Origin: a virus
Lineage: Duplodnaviria; Caudoviricetes
Reading direction: 5' to 3' (one strand)
Virus record (IMG/VR): IMGVR_UViG_3300011335_000584
Span: 1 to 41,751 of that record
Length of the DNA stretch: 41,751 bases
Shown: in pieces, positions 1 to 7,825 of the stretch
Layout: every line of letters begins with the position of its first letter
How positions within the stretch are numbered: position 1 is the first letter of the stretch
Program-made: the position numbers and the translations under genes
Notes under the pieces: generated by a model
What the model was told of the DNA's origin: nothing
Database searches by the model: none
What the model saw: only the letters and a program-made list of their open reading frames with translations

Positions 1-127
1 AACGTCAGCCACTCTTGTTATTTCCACGGCAGTAGCGTCAATACCTAAAAGAGCTGATAAATCTGTCGCTCCAACCTTTGCAAACTTTTTAATTGAGCTG
101 TCCCATCGTATCACCAAATCACCACTT
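1..127. repeat. Terminal overlap, identical to 41625..41751 (circular assembly)
   Basis: Exact 127-nt match AACGTCAGCC...CACCACTT at both ends, falling inside a gene; 127 is a common assembler k-mer. Confidence 0.95.
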
Positions 128-192
128 ACAGGTGCGGCCGTGTCAGTTGCTAACTCATTTAAACCTTTATATGCCAAATCAAATTCACTCAT
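1..192 (-). CDS. 5' part of junction-spanning gene (205 aa total, continues 41624..41199); probable virion structural/decoration protein
   Basis: ATG at 192 with upstream AAGGA reads MSEFDLAYKGLNELATDTAAPVSGDLVIRWDSS, in frame with ORF 41199..41741; Ala/Thr/Gly-rich. Confidence 0.75.
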   Translation of the reverse strand, partial: MSEFDLAYKGLNELATDTAAPVSGDLVIRWDSSIKKFAKVGATDLSALLGIDATAVEITRVADV

Positions 193-299
193 TATTTTAG
201 TTCCTTTTGTTGATTGTTACACTTTTTAAGTTGTTTTAAGCTTTTTTAACTAGTTTTATCGATTTTTCTTGTCTTGGAGCGGTGGAGCAATAGCATTTT

Positions 300-722
300 T
301 TATTCTATTTCTTCCCCATCTGTAACATCATCTTTAGGCAAACCAGTTGTTCTATTCGTGCAATCCACTAGAAATGCCTGTATCTGGTTACCTTTGCTGG
401 TTATATCTTGTTCTGTTCTTGTGCTAAACTCTGATTTTGATTTACGTTCCAGATACCACTTTGAATTATCTATATCTTCGTCAATTTTGATTGAGCGGCT
501 TAAGTTTGACTTAGCATGAAGCTTTAAACTATCCTTAAGCTCCTCTTTACGCTCCAAAAACCCTTCATTTTCAGCTTGATAGGTGTATAACGTAGACTTA
601 CCTATATTTGCGTATAAACAAGCCTCTACGTCTGTACAACCCATTGCAAAAGCTTCCTCTAATTTTCGGAGAGCCTCGGGAGTCATAACCGTTGGTCTGC
701 CGTACTTATCTTTTGTTGTCAT
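300..722 (-). CDS. terS: Terminase small subunit
   Basis: N-terminal GRPT..T.E motif, HTH-like ACLYANIGKSTLY, KWYLERK; first gene of the late operon, upstream of terL on the circle. Confidence 0.8.
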   Translation of the reverse strand: MTTKDKYGRPTVMTPEALRKLEEAFAMGCTDVEACLYANIGKSTLYTYQAENEGFLERKEELKDSLKLHAKSNLSRSIKIDEDIDNSKWYLERKSKSEFSTRTEQDITSKGNQIQAFLVDCTNRTTGLPKDDVTDGEEIE

Positions 723-856
723 ACTCGTGACTCATTTATTACTAATACTTTGATATTACCATAATTCCGTACAAATACAACTATTTATTACTAAACAACA
801 ACCCCTTGAAATATAACGATTGTTAAAAATAATTGATAAAATACTAAAGATTGTCA

Positions 857-885
857 TAGACAAGTACTATGAGATTTGTTAGAAT
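857..885 (+). promoter_or_regulatory. Sigma70-type promoter for the rightward small-gene block
   Basis: TAGACA-17 nt-TAGAAT with TGn extended -10, in the divergent intergenic gap. Confidence 0.65.
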
Positions 886-927
886 GGGTACATCAAGCAA
901 TCAAGCTTGTTTATAAGGGGTTATAAA

Positions 928-1146
928 ATGTCAAAATACACTTTAGTTATCTACAAAAATCCAACGCAACGCAACCATAGCGTCACTACTCATAAGACTT
1001 TAGAGTCTGCCCGCAACCGTATCAAGTGTTTGCTTGCCGATGGATTGGCTGGGTGTAGTTTTGCGATAAACAAAACGCCTGTATCAGCGGTTGATATAGG
1101 CTTGCCTATTGACTCTACTGAATACCGTAGCAATCTTTTTGCGTAA
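928..1146 (+). CDS. Hypothetical early protein (72 aa)
   Basis: ATG at 928 after ATAAGGGGTTATAAA ribosome-binding motif. Confidence 0.7.
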   Translation: MSKYTLVIYKNPTQRNHSVTTHKTLESARNRIKCLLADGLAGCSFAINKTPVSAVDIGLPIDSTEYRSNLFA

Positions 1147-1175
1147 TTTTAATCAAAACAATAAGGGGTTATAAA

Positions 1176-1370
1176 ATGAATTGCGATTTTCTTAATGTTT
1201 CTGGCGTTTCAGTCTTGAAATTGAAACATGCTAAAATAAAAATGGCGGTTATTACTGACGACATGTTGCTTGCGGCTATTACTGAAACAGCTCTTTTTTT
1301 AGATGTTCAGTTAGATAATAAACTAAAAAATCAGGTGTTGGACTGCTTAAAAGAAGTTTTCGCCAGATAA
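1176..1370 (+). CDS. Hypothetical early protein
   Basis: Same ATAAGGGGTTATAAAATG start context as the preceding gene. Confidence 0.7.
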   Translation: MNCDFLNVSGVSVLKLKHAKIKMAVITDDMLLAAITETALFLDVQLDNKLKNQVLDCLKEVFAR

Positions 1371-1435
1371 ATACCACAAACCTAAGCAAGTTTTTAAAAG
1401 GCTTTTAATTTTAACAAACAATAAGGGGTAAAATC

Positions 1436-1711
1436 ATGAATATACAAAAACAAGCTAAGGAAGTTGCTGAGGCTACGGACAATAACCAACACACTACCGC
1501 AAGACTTTTAATAGCTGAATACGTTGCTTACAAACATAAACACATAGTTGGTATTAAAAAACTTACCAAACAAATGGAGGCTGTAGAAACTTTGCAAGAT
1601 TTTTATAAATACATGCCTGATAATTTAACTCGCATCAGGAATGATTTGGAAGTTGCTATCTTTAGCTTTTTAAATGAAGAAGAAACTACAATATTTAACG
1701 ATAGTTTATAA
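1436..1711 (+). CDS. Hypothetical early protein
   Basis: ATAAGGGGT RBS, 91-aa ORF. Confidence 0.75.
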   Translation: MNIQKQAKEVAEATDNNQHTTARLLIAEYVAYKHKHIVGIKKLTKQMEAVETLQDFYKYMPDNLTRIRNDLEVAIFSFLNEEETTIFNDSL

Positions 1712-1721
1712 AGGTAAAATA

Positions 1722-1916
1722 ATGAAAGCAATTAACATAAGACTAAAACGCCTGTGCAGATACATTACAAACACTATCTGCAGGATTGTAACCATAACTA
1801 CATTAATCCTACTGGTTAGCTTAGGACTAGCCTCTAAAGCTGATTACATAGCTATTAACTTCCAGATGTTAGGGTTGCAAATGGATATTACAAAAATTGA
1901 ACAAATTAAGGAGTAA
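1722..1916 (+). CDS. Hypothetical membrane protein
   Basis: AAGGT RBS before ATG 1722; hydrophobic IVTITTLILLVSLGLA. Confidence 0.55.
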   Translation: MKAINIRLKRLCRYITNTICRIVTITTLILLVSLGLASKADYIAINFQMLGLQMDITKIEQIKE

Positions 1917-1922
1917 ATAGAA

Positions 1923-2141
1923 ATGTTAAAAACTAAAAGACAATTATTAGCAAGCTCACCTACTCTTGAGGGACTTACTGAAATGATATGTAAATTTTAT
2001 GGCGGTGAAAAATACCATATCTCTTGGGGTAAAAGTGTTTGCCAAGAGTCTACAAACAGAATTATGAAAAATGTAGCTGTTCGTAAACTAAAGGGTAGAT
2101 ATAGATTTGAGGCTATCTCATACGATATTTTTATAACTTAA
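1923..2141 (+). CDS. Hypothetical protein
   Basis: AAGGAG RBS, tightly packed ORF. Confidence 0.7.
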   Translation: MLKTKRQLLASSPTLEGLTEMICKFYGGEKYHISWGKSVCQESTNRIMKNVAVRKLKGRYRFEAISYDIFIT

Positions 2142-2205
2142 TATTAACGATTTCAAACAATTACAATAATACAACAAACTAACTAAAATACAAGGAGCTA
2201 CTAAA

Positions 2206-2457
2206 ATGATTAATAGATTTTTTGGAGAACTTAAAGGTAATTTTTGCGAGTTAGATTTTTTAACAACTTATAAATACTGCCCTGTAAGTTCTAAAAAGTT
2301 TTTTTGGGATATTCCAGACTGCATATTTCAAGACGGGTATGTAAAATACAAAGGTGCAAATCTTGAGCATTTCAGCCATGGCCGGGAATATCTGCCAGAA
2401 ACTAAAACTTATGTTTTAAAGCTTATAGACAATTACAATAGCAGGGGGATTTTATGA
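2206..2457 (+). CDS. Hypothetical protein
   Basis: AAGGAG RBS, 83-aa ORF. Confidence 0.65.
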   Translation: MINRFFGELKGNFCELDFLTTYKYCPVSSKKFFWDIPDCIFQDGYVKYKGANLEHFSHGREYLPETKTYVLKLIDNYNSRGIL

Positions 2458-2542
2458 AAATACTTTTTTACGCTTCCTGCGGTTCTATAGCTTGCACCGC
2501 ATTTACATTTTTATTTGTTCAACTTATTACAGGGTTACCGCT

Positions 2543-2803
2543 ATGACAATAATTTATTACATAGGATTAACTAAAGATGATAAATTTTTTATTAATGAAT
2601 TTAGAGAAAATATCAAAGATTTTGAAATGAAGCTAAAGTTTACAAAAGAAACGTTAATTGACTTTGAATGTCTTGTAGACCCTTCGACAACAGCTGATTT
2701 GAACCGCTTTATTGAAAGTTCGGATTGCCTGTTAAAAACCGTTAAAGATATTTTAAAACAAATCAAAACAGATGAAATAAAGGTAAAAAATGATGAAAAT
2801 TAA
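2543..2803 (+). CDS. Hypothetical protein
   Basis: Likely ATG at 2543 within ORF 2492..2803. Confidence 0.55.
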   Translation: MTIIYYIGLTKDDKFFINEFRENIKDFEMKLKFTKETLIDFECLVDPSTTADLNRFIESSDCLLKTVKDILKQIKTDEIKVKNDEN

Positions 2804-3050
2804 ACTAAACAACTTTGAAAAAGTGTTTGCTATTTTAATAACTGGTGGCTTTGCAATAATGGCTTTGTTTTTTGTGGTTATGGAAATGAGGGGGTTATAA
2901 CATGAGTAAAATTTTAGATTTTCCAATAAAACCACAAAACTGGAATCGTATTGTTTTAGCAACTATTGAAGCTGGTAAACTTACTATTCCAAATGGCGAA
3001 CTAAAACAAATACTAACAGAATCTGAACAAAAAATAAAGGAGCAAATTAA

Positions 3051-3320
3051 TTGGACAAAGAGCTAGAAAAAAAAATAAACCTACAAACGCATAAATATTT
3101 TTGGGGGTATATAAACGATAATTATAATAGCGTTCTTGAGGCTGAAAGGATTATCGGTTTAGAGCCTAACCGCTTACACGTTGTAAAAACCCAAAAGTTT
3201 AACTTTCGTTCCCCAACTTTATTTTATTATTTTAATAAATTATCTATGGATATGCAACCGCTTCAAGAAGAATTAAACAAAATTATAGAGGATTACCATG
3301 CAAGAATCACGAGTAACTAG
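3051..3320 (+). CDS. Hypothetical protein, possibly DNA-binding
   Basis: AAGGAG RBS before TTG start; weak HTH-like segment SVLEAERIIGLEPNRLH. Confidence 0.55.
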   Translation: MDKELEKKINLQTHKYFWGYINDNYNSVLEAERIIGLEPNRLHVVKTQKFNFRSPTLFYYFNKLSMDMQPLQEELNKIIEDYHARITSN

Positions 3321-3422
3321 GGGATTAAACTACAAACACATTTATAACACAAAACCAAAAAAGAATCACGATTGGCTATTAATGCTTATTGTGCTTGTAT
3401 TGATAATTATAGGGGTTTTAGT

Positions 3423-3662
3423 ATGACAAAAGATTATGACGAGGTACAAGAAAAATATAAACTGGTTTTACTTGATATGCCTGACCAATTTTTACACCTT
3501 GATGATAACCGTTGGCTTGATAAAGATGAGGTGATTAACCGCTTTAAAATTATGGACGGCAACCCTATTGATTATATCATCATTCACAAAATATCATATC
3601 ATGATGATGGTTCTTTTGTGCGTTCAAAAACAAGGGTGCTTGATAGTACAGTAAACTTCTGA
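3423..3662 (+). CDS. Hypothetical protein
   Basis: AGGGGT RBS before ATG 3423 within ORF 3372..3662. Confidence 0.6.
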   Translation: MTKDYDEVQEKYKLVLLDMPDQFLHLDDNRWLDKDEVINRFKIMDGNPIDYIIIHKISYHDDGSFVRSKTRVLDSTVNF

Positions 3663-3674
3663 TACACTACCCAA

Positions 3675-3712
3675 GACGCACCTTATACCCCTTTGGTGCG
3701 TCACTTCTTTTT
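3675..3712 (+). terminator. Intrinsic terminator at the convergence of + and - blocks (possibly also a small RNA)
   Basis: GACGCACC/GGTGCGTC 8-bp stem, 12-nt loop, T-rich tail. Confidence 0.7.
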
Positions 3713-3865
3713 ATGTATATGGCAATAGCACTGCTGCGTTGCAATAGCTGCTACCATATCAGATAAGCCCAATTCATTCATAAACCTTTCTTTAGCGTTC
3801 TTATGCCCGTTGTGAGGGGATTTCTTTATCTCTTCTTTGTATATCTTTAGTTCTTCTGGTGTCAT
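3701..3865 (-). CDS. Small hypothetical protein (54 aa), absent from ORF track
   Basis: AAAGGT RBS; MTPEELKIYKEEIKKSPH...CYCHIHKKK translated by hand. Confidence 0.55.
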   Translation of the reverse strand: MTPEELKIYKEEIKKSPHNGHKNAKERFMNELGLSDMVAAIATQQCYCHIHKKK

Positions 3866-3912
3866 GGTTTACCTTTATTTTAGTGTATAATATCCCCACC
3901 GTAACACCCCTG

Positions 3913-4278
3913 TTATTTATTACCCTTCACGGAAATAAAAGTTTTCAGAAAAAACTTCTTCATAACTGCGTAGAATGGCGGACGAGTTGTTTTAATTGAC
4001 CCGTTGTAACCAGTTTTATCAGACTGGTATTTACCGATATAATAAAACTCTAGTATATAATAAGCTTCAAAAAAATCAGTGGTACTATCAAGTATTTCTA
4101 TAGTAAACTTATCTTTTCCAATTTCTTTTATTGCTTTTGATATAACTGTATCGGAATCATTAGAACAATGTTGAGATAACCTCTTTTGGGGGCTAACGCT
4201 GCAACCTATATAAACCTTATCATTTACAGTATTGGATATTTTATATATGTAGTGTGTTTTAGTCGCTTTCTTTACCAT
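3913..4278 (-). CDS. GIY-YIG endonuclease (catalytic domain only)
   Basis: YIY...VYIG, conserved Arg (KRLSQH), Glu (LEFYYI) and GYN motif. Confidence 0.9.
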   Translation of the reverse strand: MVKKATKTHYIYKISNTVNDKVYIGCSVSPQKRLSQHCSNDSDTVISKAIKEIGKDKFTIEILDSTTDFFEAYYILEFYYIGKYQSDKTGYNGSIKTTRPPFYAVMKKFFLKTFISVKGNK

Positions 4279-4294
4279 AACTATCTTATTACCT

Positions 4295-4705
4295 GTTTAT
4301 ATTATAACTCATGGTGAGTCCTGAAGCCTAGACAAAAGAGTCCCTAGCCTATGTAAACACAAGCAAGGACTCTGTCGGGGAATTATAACTCACGGAGCCA
4401 TCCTTCGCTTACGACAACTTAGATTGCTAGTTCCAACATCTAAGCATAAAGGCTTTTCAGGGGTTATTCCTGCTAACAGTGACCTTTATGATATTACTAC
4501 CCGAGTCATTCACTTTGCTGTTTTGTTAGTCCTATGGTAACAGCTTGATTATATCACACGCCACGGTTATCCCACCATGTAATATCACAGCATAAATTTT
4601 GTTTGATTTTATATAGCAGGTAAGCTATAAAGGAGGAACAAATCTATATAGCTTGCTGTGAACAACTATATACGCCCCTTTAGAACCTTAATCTAGGGGG
4701 GCAAA
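4295..4705 (-). ncRNA. Putative large structured RNA upstream of GIY-YIG gene
   Basis: ~430-nt gap without a 60-aa ORF in a gene-dense genome, tiled by 8 or more stems; G-U pairs mostly favour the minus strand. Confidence 0.55.
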
Positions 4706-4714
4706 CTTCTTATA

Positions 4715-5014
4715 TCACGCTTCAACACCAGAATCAACACTTATCAAATCATCAACTAAAACTCCTAACGCCTCTGCAATTATAATTAGAAACTTATCAC
4801 TTGGAAATATCAGCCCTTGCTCAATTTTTGACAAATACGTCATGGTTGTGTCAATCTTTTCTGCAAAATTGCGTAAAGAAATACGTTGCTCTTCTCTATA
4901 ATGCCTAATTTTCTTTGCAGTTTTGCCTATTGGCAGTGACTGATTAAGCTTTTTATAAACTTCGCTATTTGTATCGTAAACTTGGCAACCTTTGCCTGTG
5001 CAAACTATTATCAT
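4715..5014 (-). CDS. XRE-family HTH transcriptional regulator
   Basis: KIRHYREEQRISLRNFAEKIDTTMTYLSKIEQG...IAEALGV is a typical HTH_3 pattern. Confidence 0.88.
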   Translation of the reverse strand: MIIVCTGKGCQVYDTNSEVYKKLNQSLPIGKTAKKIRHYREEQRISLRNFAEKIDTTMTYLSKIEQGLIFPSDKFLIIIAEALGVLVDDLISVDSGVEA

Positions 5015-5340
5015 TTATCTATCAACCCCCATTTAACAAAGTTTTTAAAATTAATCCTCATAGGCTTATCAGGACTTTTACCTGTATAATGCTCCGTTTC
5101 CATTTCTTGATATTGGTGGAATTTCTCAACTGGACAATCTAACTCTATAGCCTCAATCATTCTTTCCATGTTTATATAATCGTTTGAAACTTCCATAAGA
5201 TAACCTATCTGCCCTGCTATCCAGTAAGAATCCTCGTTATAAATATGGTCTGGATAATACTTTGCCATAAATACCCTCGCCACATCTTCGCAAGCGTCTT
5301 TGTATTTTTGCACAACGTTAATTATCGGTTTATTTGCCAT
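5011..5340 (-). CDS. Hypothetical phage protein
   Basis: Overlapping start/stop with both neighbours. Confidence 0.75.
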   Translation of the reverse strand: MANKPIINVVQKYKDACEDVARVFMAKYYPDHIYNEDSYWIAGQIGYLMEVSNDYINMERMIEAIELDCPVEKFHQYQEMETEHYTGKSPDKPMRINFKNFVKWGLIDK

Positions 5341-5869
5341 TTATCACCTCATCTATGTTTTTGTTGTGGACTATAAAATCTAAAACCCAAACCCAAGGGT
5401 TAGCCTCCCAAGAGTCTTTGCCGTTGATTGATTTCCATAATTGACGATATTGGATAGTATGATAGTTATCACACAAAATGCCCCTTGATTTCCTAAAATC
5501 ATTAGGCAAAGAATCTAGCCATGATTCTACACCCTCCGCAATCGCATCTTCTTCTGAAATATCCTGTAACCTCTCCACCCTCACGCCTGTTATTTTCAGG
5601 GTGAATCTGGAAGCCCATCGGGGCATAAATTTTGAAGGCTTAACTTGTGAGTACCCTATACTTTTTAACTCATCACTATCAGCATCAGCCTTATAAAAAG
5701 CAATTAGCCTTCCCCCATCTTTCAGGGTTGCGTAATCCTCTTTTACAAACATTAAATCACCTGCTTTGTATGGGTTTCTTATGTTGTGTTTTAAAACCAC
5801 CCTATGTTGGGTTTTTCTTCCCTCTTTTAAAGCTAGTATATCGTGTTGTTTTAGTATTATGCTTTTCAT
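5330..5869 (-). CDS. ASCH/PUA-like phage protein
   Basis: GRKTQHR, PSKFMPRWASRFTLKITGVRVERLQDISEEDAIAEG, W..NPWVWV motifs. Confidence 0.75.
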   Translation of the reverse strand: MKSIILKQHDILALKEGRKTQHRVVLKHNIRNPYKAGDLMFVKEDYATLKDGGRLIAFYKADADSDELKSIGYSQVKPSKFMPRWASRFTLKITGVRVERLQDISEEDAIAEGVESWLDSLPNDFRKSRGILCDNYHTIQYRQLWKSINGKDSWEANPWVWVLDFIVHNKNIDEVINGK

Positions 5870-6252
5870 GGCTTATCCTTTTTTAATTCCAGAATATACT
5901 TGTAAACCTTCCTTGCATCTCCCAGAGTTGCTAGTTCAGCCGTGTGATACTTAAATCCCATAAATTCACTTATGCTGTTGTATAACCGCCCTCTAGTAAA
6001 CGTTCCGGACTGCCACAAAGGGTCAAGAATTTTATGTATATGCCGCCTTGCAGCCTTCAATTCTTTTGTGGGAATGTTGCCCAAAGGCTTTGTTCGATTT
6101 TTAGTCTTATGGTGACAACCTACAAAGTTTTTACAAGTGTCGCATTTCCAAAAGGGCAAGCCAGCCAAGTCCGCACGATGTGGGTATGCCTCTACACCAT
6201 CAATCAGCCTCGCCTCAACCTCCAACTCGCACCCTGTGCAATAAATCTTCAT
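5866..6252 (-). CDS. Zinc-finger protein (DUF3268-like)
   Basis: CxxC...WKCDTC..VGCH...PLG...L..AR..H...DPLW pattern. Confidence 0.75.
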   Translation of the reverse strand: MKIYCTGCELEVEARLIDGVEAYPHRADLAGLPFWKCDTCKNFVGCHHKTKNRTKPLGNIPTKELKAARRHIHKILDPLWQSGTFTRGRLYNSISEFMGFKYHTAELATLGDARKVYKYILELKKDKP

Positions 6253-6256
6253 TTTC

Positions 6257-6526
6257 CTACTCCCTCTCTGGCATTATAAAAGCTTTTCCGTTGCGTTCGC
6301 TGATTGGTAGCTCGTGGGGTTCTTTAGATAATTCGCCATTACGATGCCAAACTTTCGCACGCCCCCAAAACACATACCCATCAATATTCCTATCACCCTC
6401 TTGAGGCTCGAATATGTGCCAACTTTCTGGGTAGACATAAAGAGGATAGCTACCACCTTTATGTCCGACAGTCACCCCGTGGTATAACAACATTAGTTGT
6501 GCCTCTTGATATTCTTTGTAGTACAT
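6257..6526 (-). CDS. Hypothetical protein
   Basis: AAGGGT RBS, co-oriented in operon. Confidence 0.65.
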   Translation of the reverse strand: MYYKEYQEAQLMLLYHGVTVGHKGGSYPLYVYPESWHIFEPQEGDRNIDGYVFWGRAKVWHRNGELSKEPHELPISERNGKAFIMPERE

Positions 6527-6547
6527 ATTTACCCTTATTGATTAAAT

Positions 6548-7825
6548 TTAATATTCGCTGTGAAATTGGTTGTAGTTATTATCTCTGAGGTGCGGTCCGG
6601 TCATTTCCATAATCAAACTTGCGGTCTTTTCATTACCCATTTCACACCATGGGGTGTACCTTGTATCCATCTGGTCTACATAAAATCCGTTACTTGATTC
6701 AATGCCATCTTCAGAAACACACCGCTTTAATTCGTAGACTTGGTCAAACGCAAGCCTGATTCCCTCCCCTCCCCTGATATTGTCCGTTTGATTCATTTGT
6801 GCCATAACCAAAGCCCATACGTTATTTTCTCTGCAAAATGTAGCTATCCATTGAGCGACTTCATCATAGTGACTTGTTAGCCCCTCCCTGCCAGAACCGC
6901 CCACTAACTGGAAGTAGTCCAGAATAAACCCCTCAATGTTGTGCTTAAAGATTGCAGCACTCACAACGTCCTTTAGCCGTTTAAACTTGATTCCAGCCTC
7001 GTCAGCGTAGAAAACGTTGCCAGCGTCCCTATACCCCCCAACTTGTGCTTTAAACGCCTCGTCACCCTTCTCCTTGCCAATAAACGCCATTGTGTTTCTT
7101 TTTATGTGTCTTGCTATCACCCTTTGGTGAATTTCTTTTGAAGACATTTCAGCAGCAATAAATAAATGTCGCTTCCCTGCGTCATTCAGATTAGAGGATA
7201 TTGTAGCCGCTAAAATAGTTTTACCTGTCTTTTTTCTTGCAGCAACCGCATAAGCTTTACCACGATAAAGCCCACCTCCCATTGCATTATCAAAAACTTC
7301 TATACCTACGCTTGATATTTCTGGCGTTGAGTTCAAGTCTTCAAGTATTTGCTCCGAAACAAACGTAGAGTTCTGCAAATTCAGCAAAGTTTGATTCTTT
7401 GTAATCGTGGCAAAATCAACATTCATTTGTTGAAGCATTTCGTTTGCTGTAACTTCCGTTTCCCACATACGCAAGCCGTACACCCTCAAGAACTCTTGCA
7501 CTAAACGCCTTTTGTATAAATCAACTAAAGTTGCCACAAGGCTTTTAAGGTTTACAAGCCCAACACTGCTACGTATTAATATTTTTATAGTCTCTACATG
7601 CTCTGGCAATCGTAAACTTAAAGAATACGAGGTTAGGTTGCCCTCTTCACTTTCCTGCATAAGCTCTACAATTCGTGGGAATGGTGTATAATGAAAGTAT
7701 TCAGGTTTAATTTGATGCCTTTGTATTAACTCTTTCTGGCTATTCATAGTTCCCATTAAAGCCCCGAGAATACACACCTCTAAATTTTGATTGCTCAATT
7801 CTGATAATCTATCTTCATTTTCCAT
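6548..7825 (-). CDS. dnaB: DnaB-like replicative helicase
   Basis: Walker A AARKKTGKT, AEMS, Walker B ILDYFQL, AQMN; directly downstream of the initiator. Confidence 0.9.
   Translation of the reverse strand: MENEDRLSELSNQNLEVCILGALMGTMNSQKELIQRHQIKPEYFHYTPFPRIVELMQESEEGNLTSYSLSLRLPEHVETIKILIRSSVGLVNLKSLVATLVDLYKRRLVQEFLRVYGLRMWETEVTANEMLQQMNVDFATITKNQTLLNLQNSTFVSEQILEDLNSTPEISSVGIEVFDNAMGGGLYRGKAYAVAARKKTGKTILAATISSNLNDAGKRHLFIAAEMSSKEIHQRVIARHIKRNTMAFIGKEKGDEAFKAQVGGYRDAGNVFYADEAGIKFKRLKDVVSAAIFKHNIEGFILDYFQLVGGSGREGLTSHYDEVAQWIATFCRENNVWALVMAQMNQTDNIRGGEGIRLAFDQVYELKRCVSEDGIESSNGFYVDQMDTRYTPWCEMGNEKTASLIMEMTGPHLRDNNYNQFHSEY

Noticed and set aside
1-127. Biological direct terminal repeat
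   Set aside because: Length matches a typical assembler k-mer and it falls mid-gene; better explained as circular-assembly overlap.
3866-4714. Group I intron carrying the GIY-YIG gene
   Set aside because: Flanking genes look complete, only 47 nt follow the nuclease stop, and I could not identify convincing P7/R/S core motifs.
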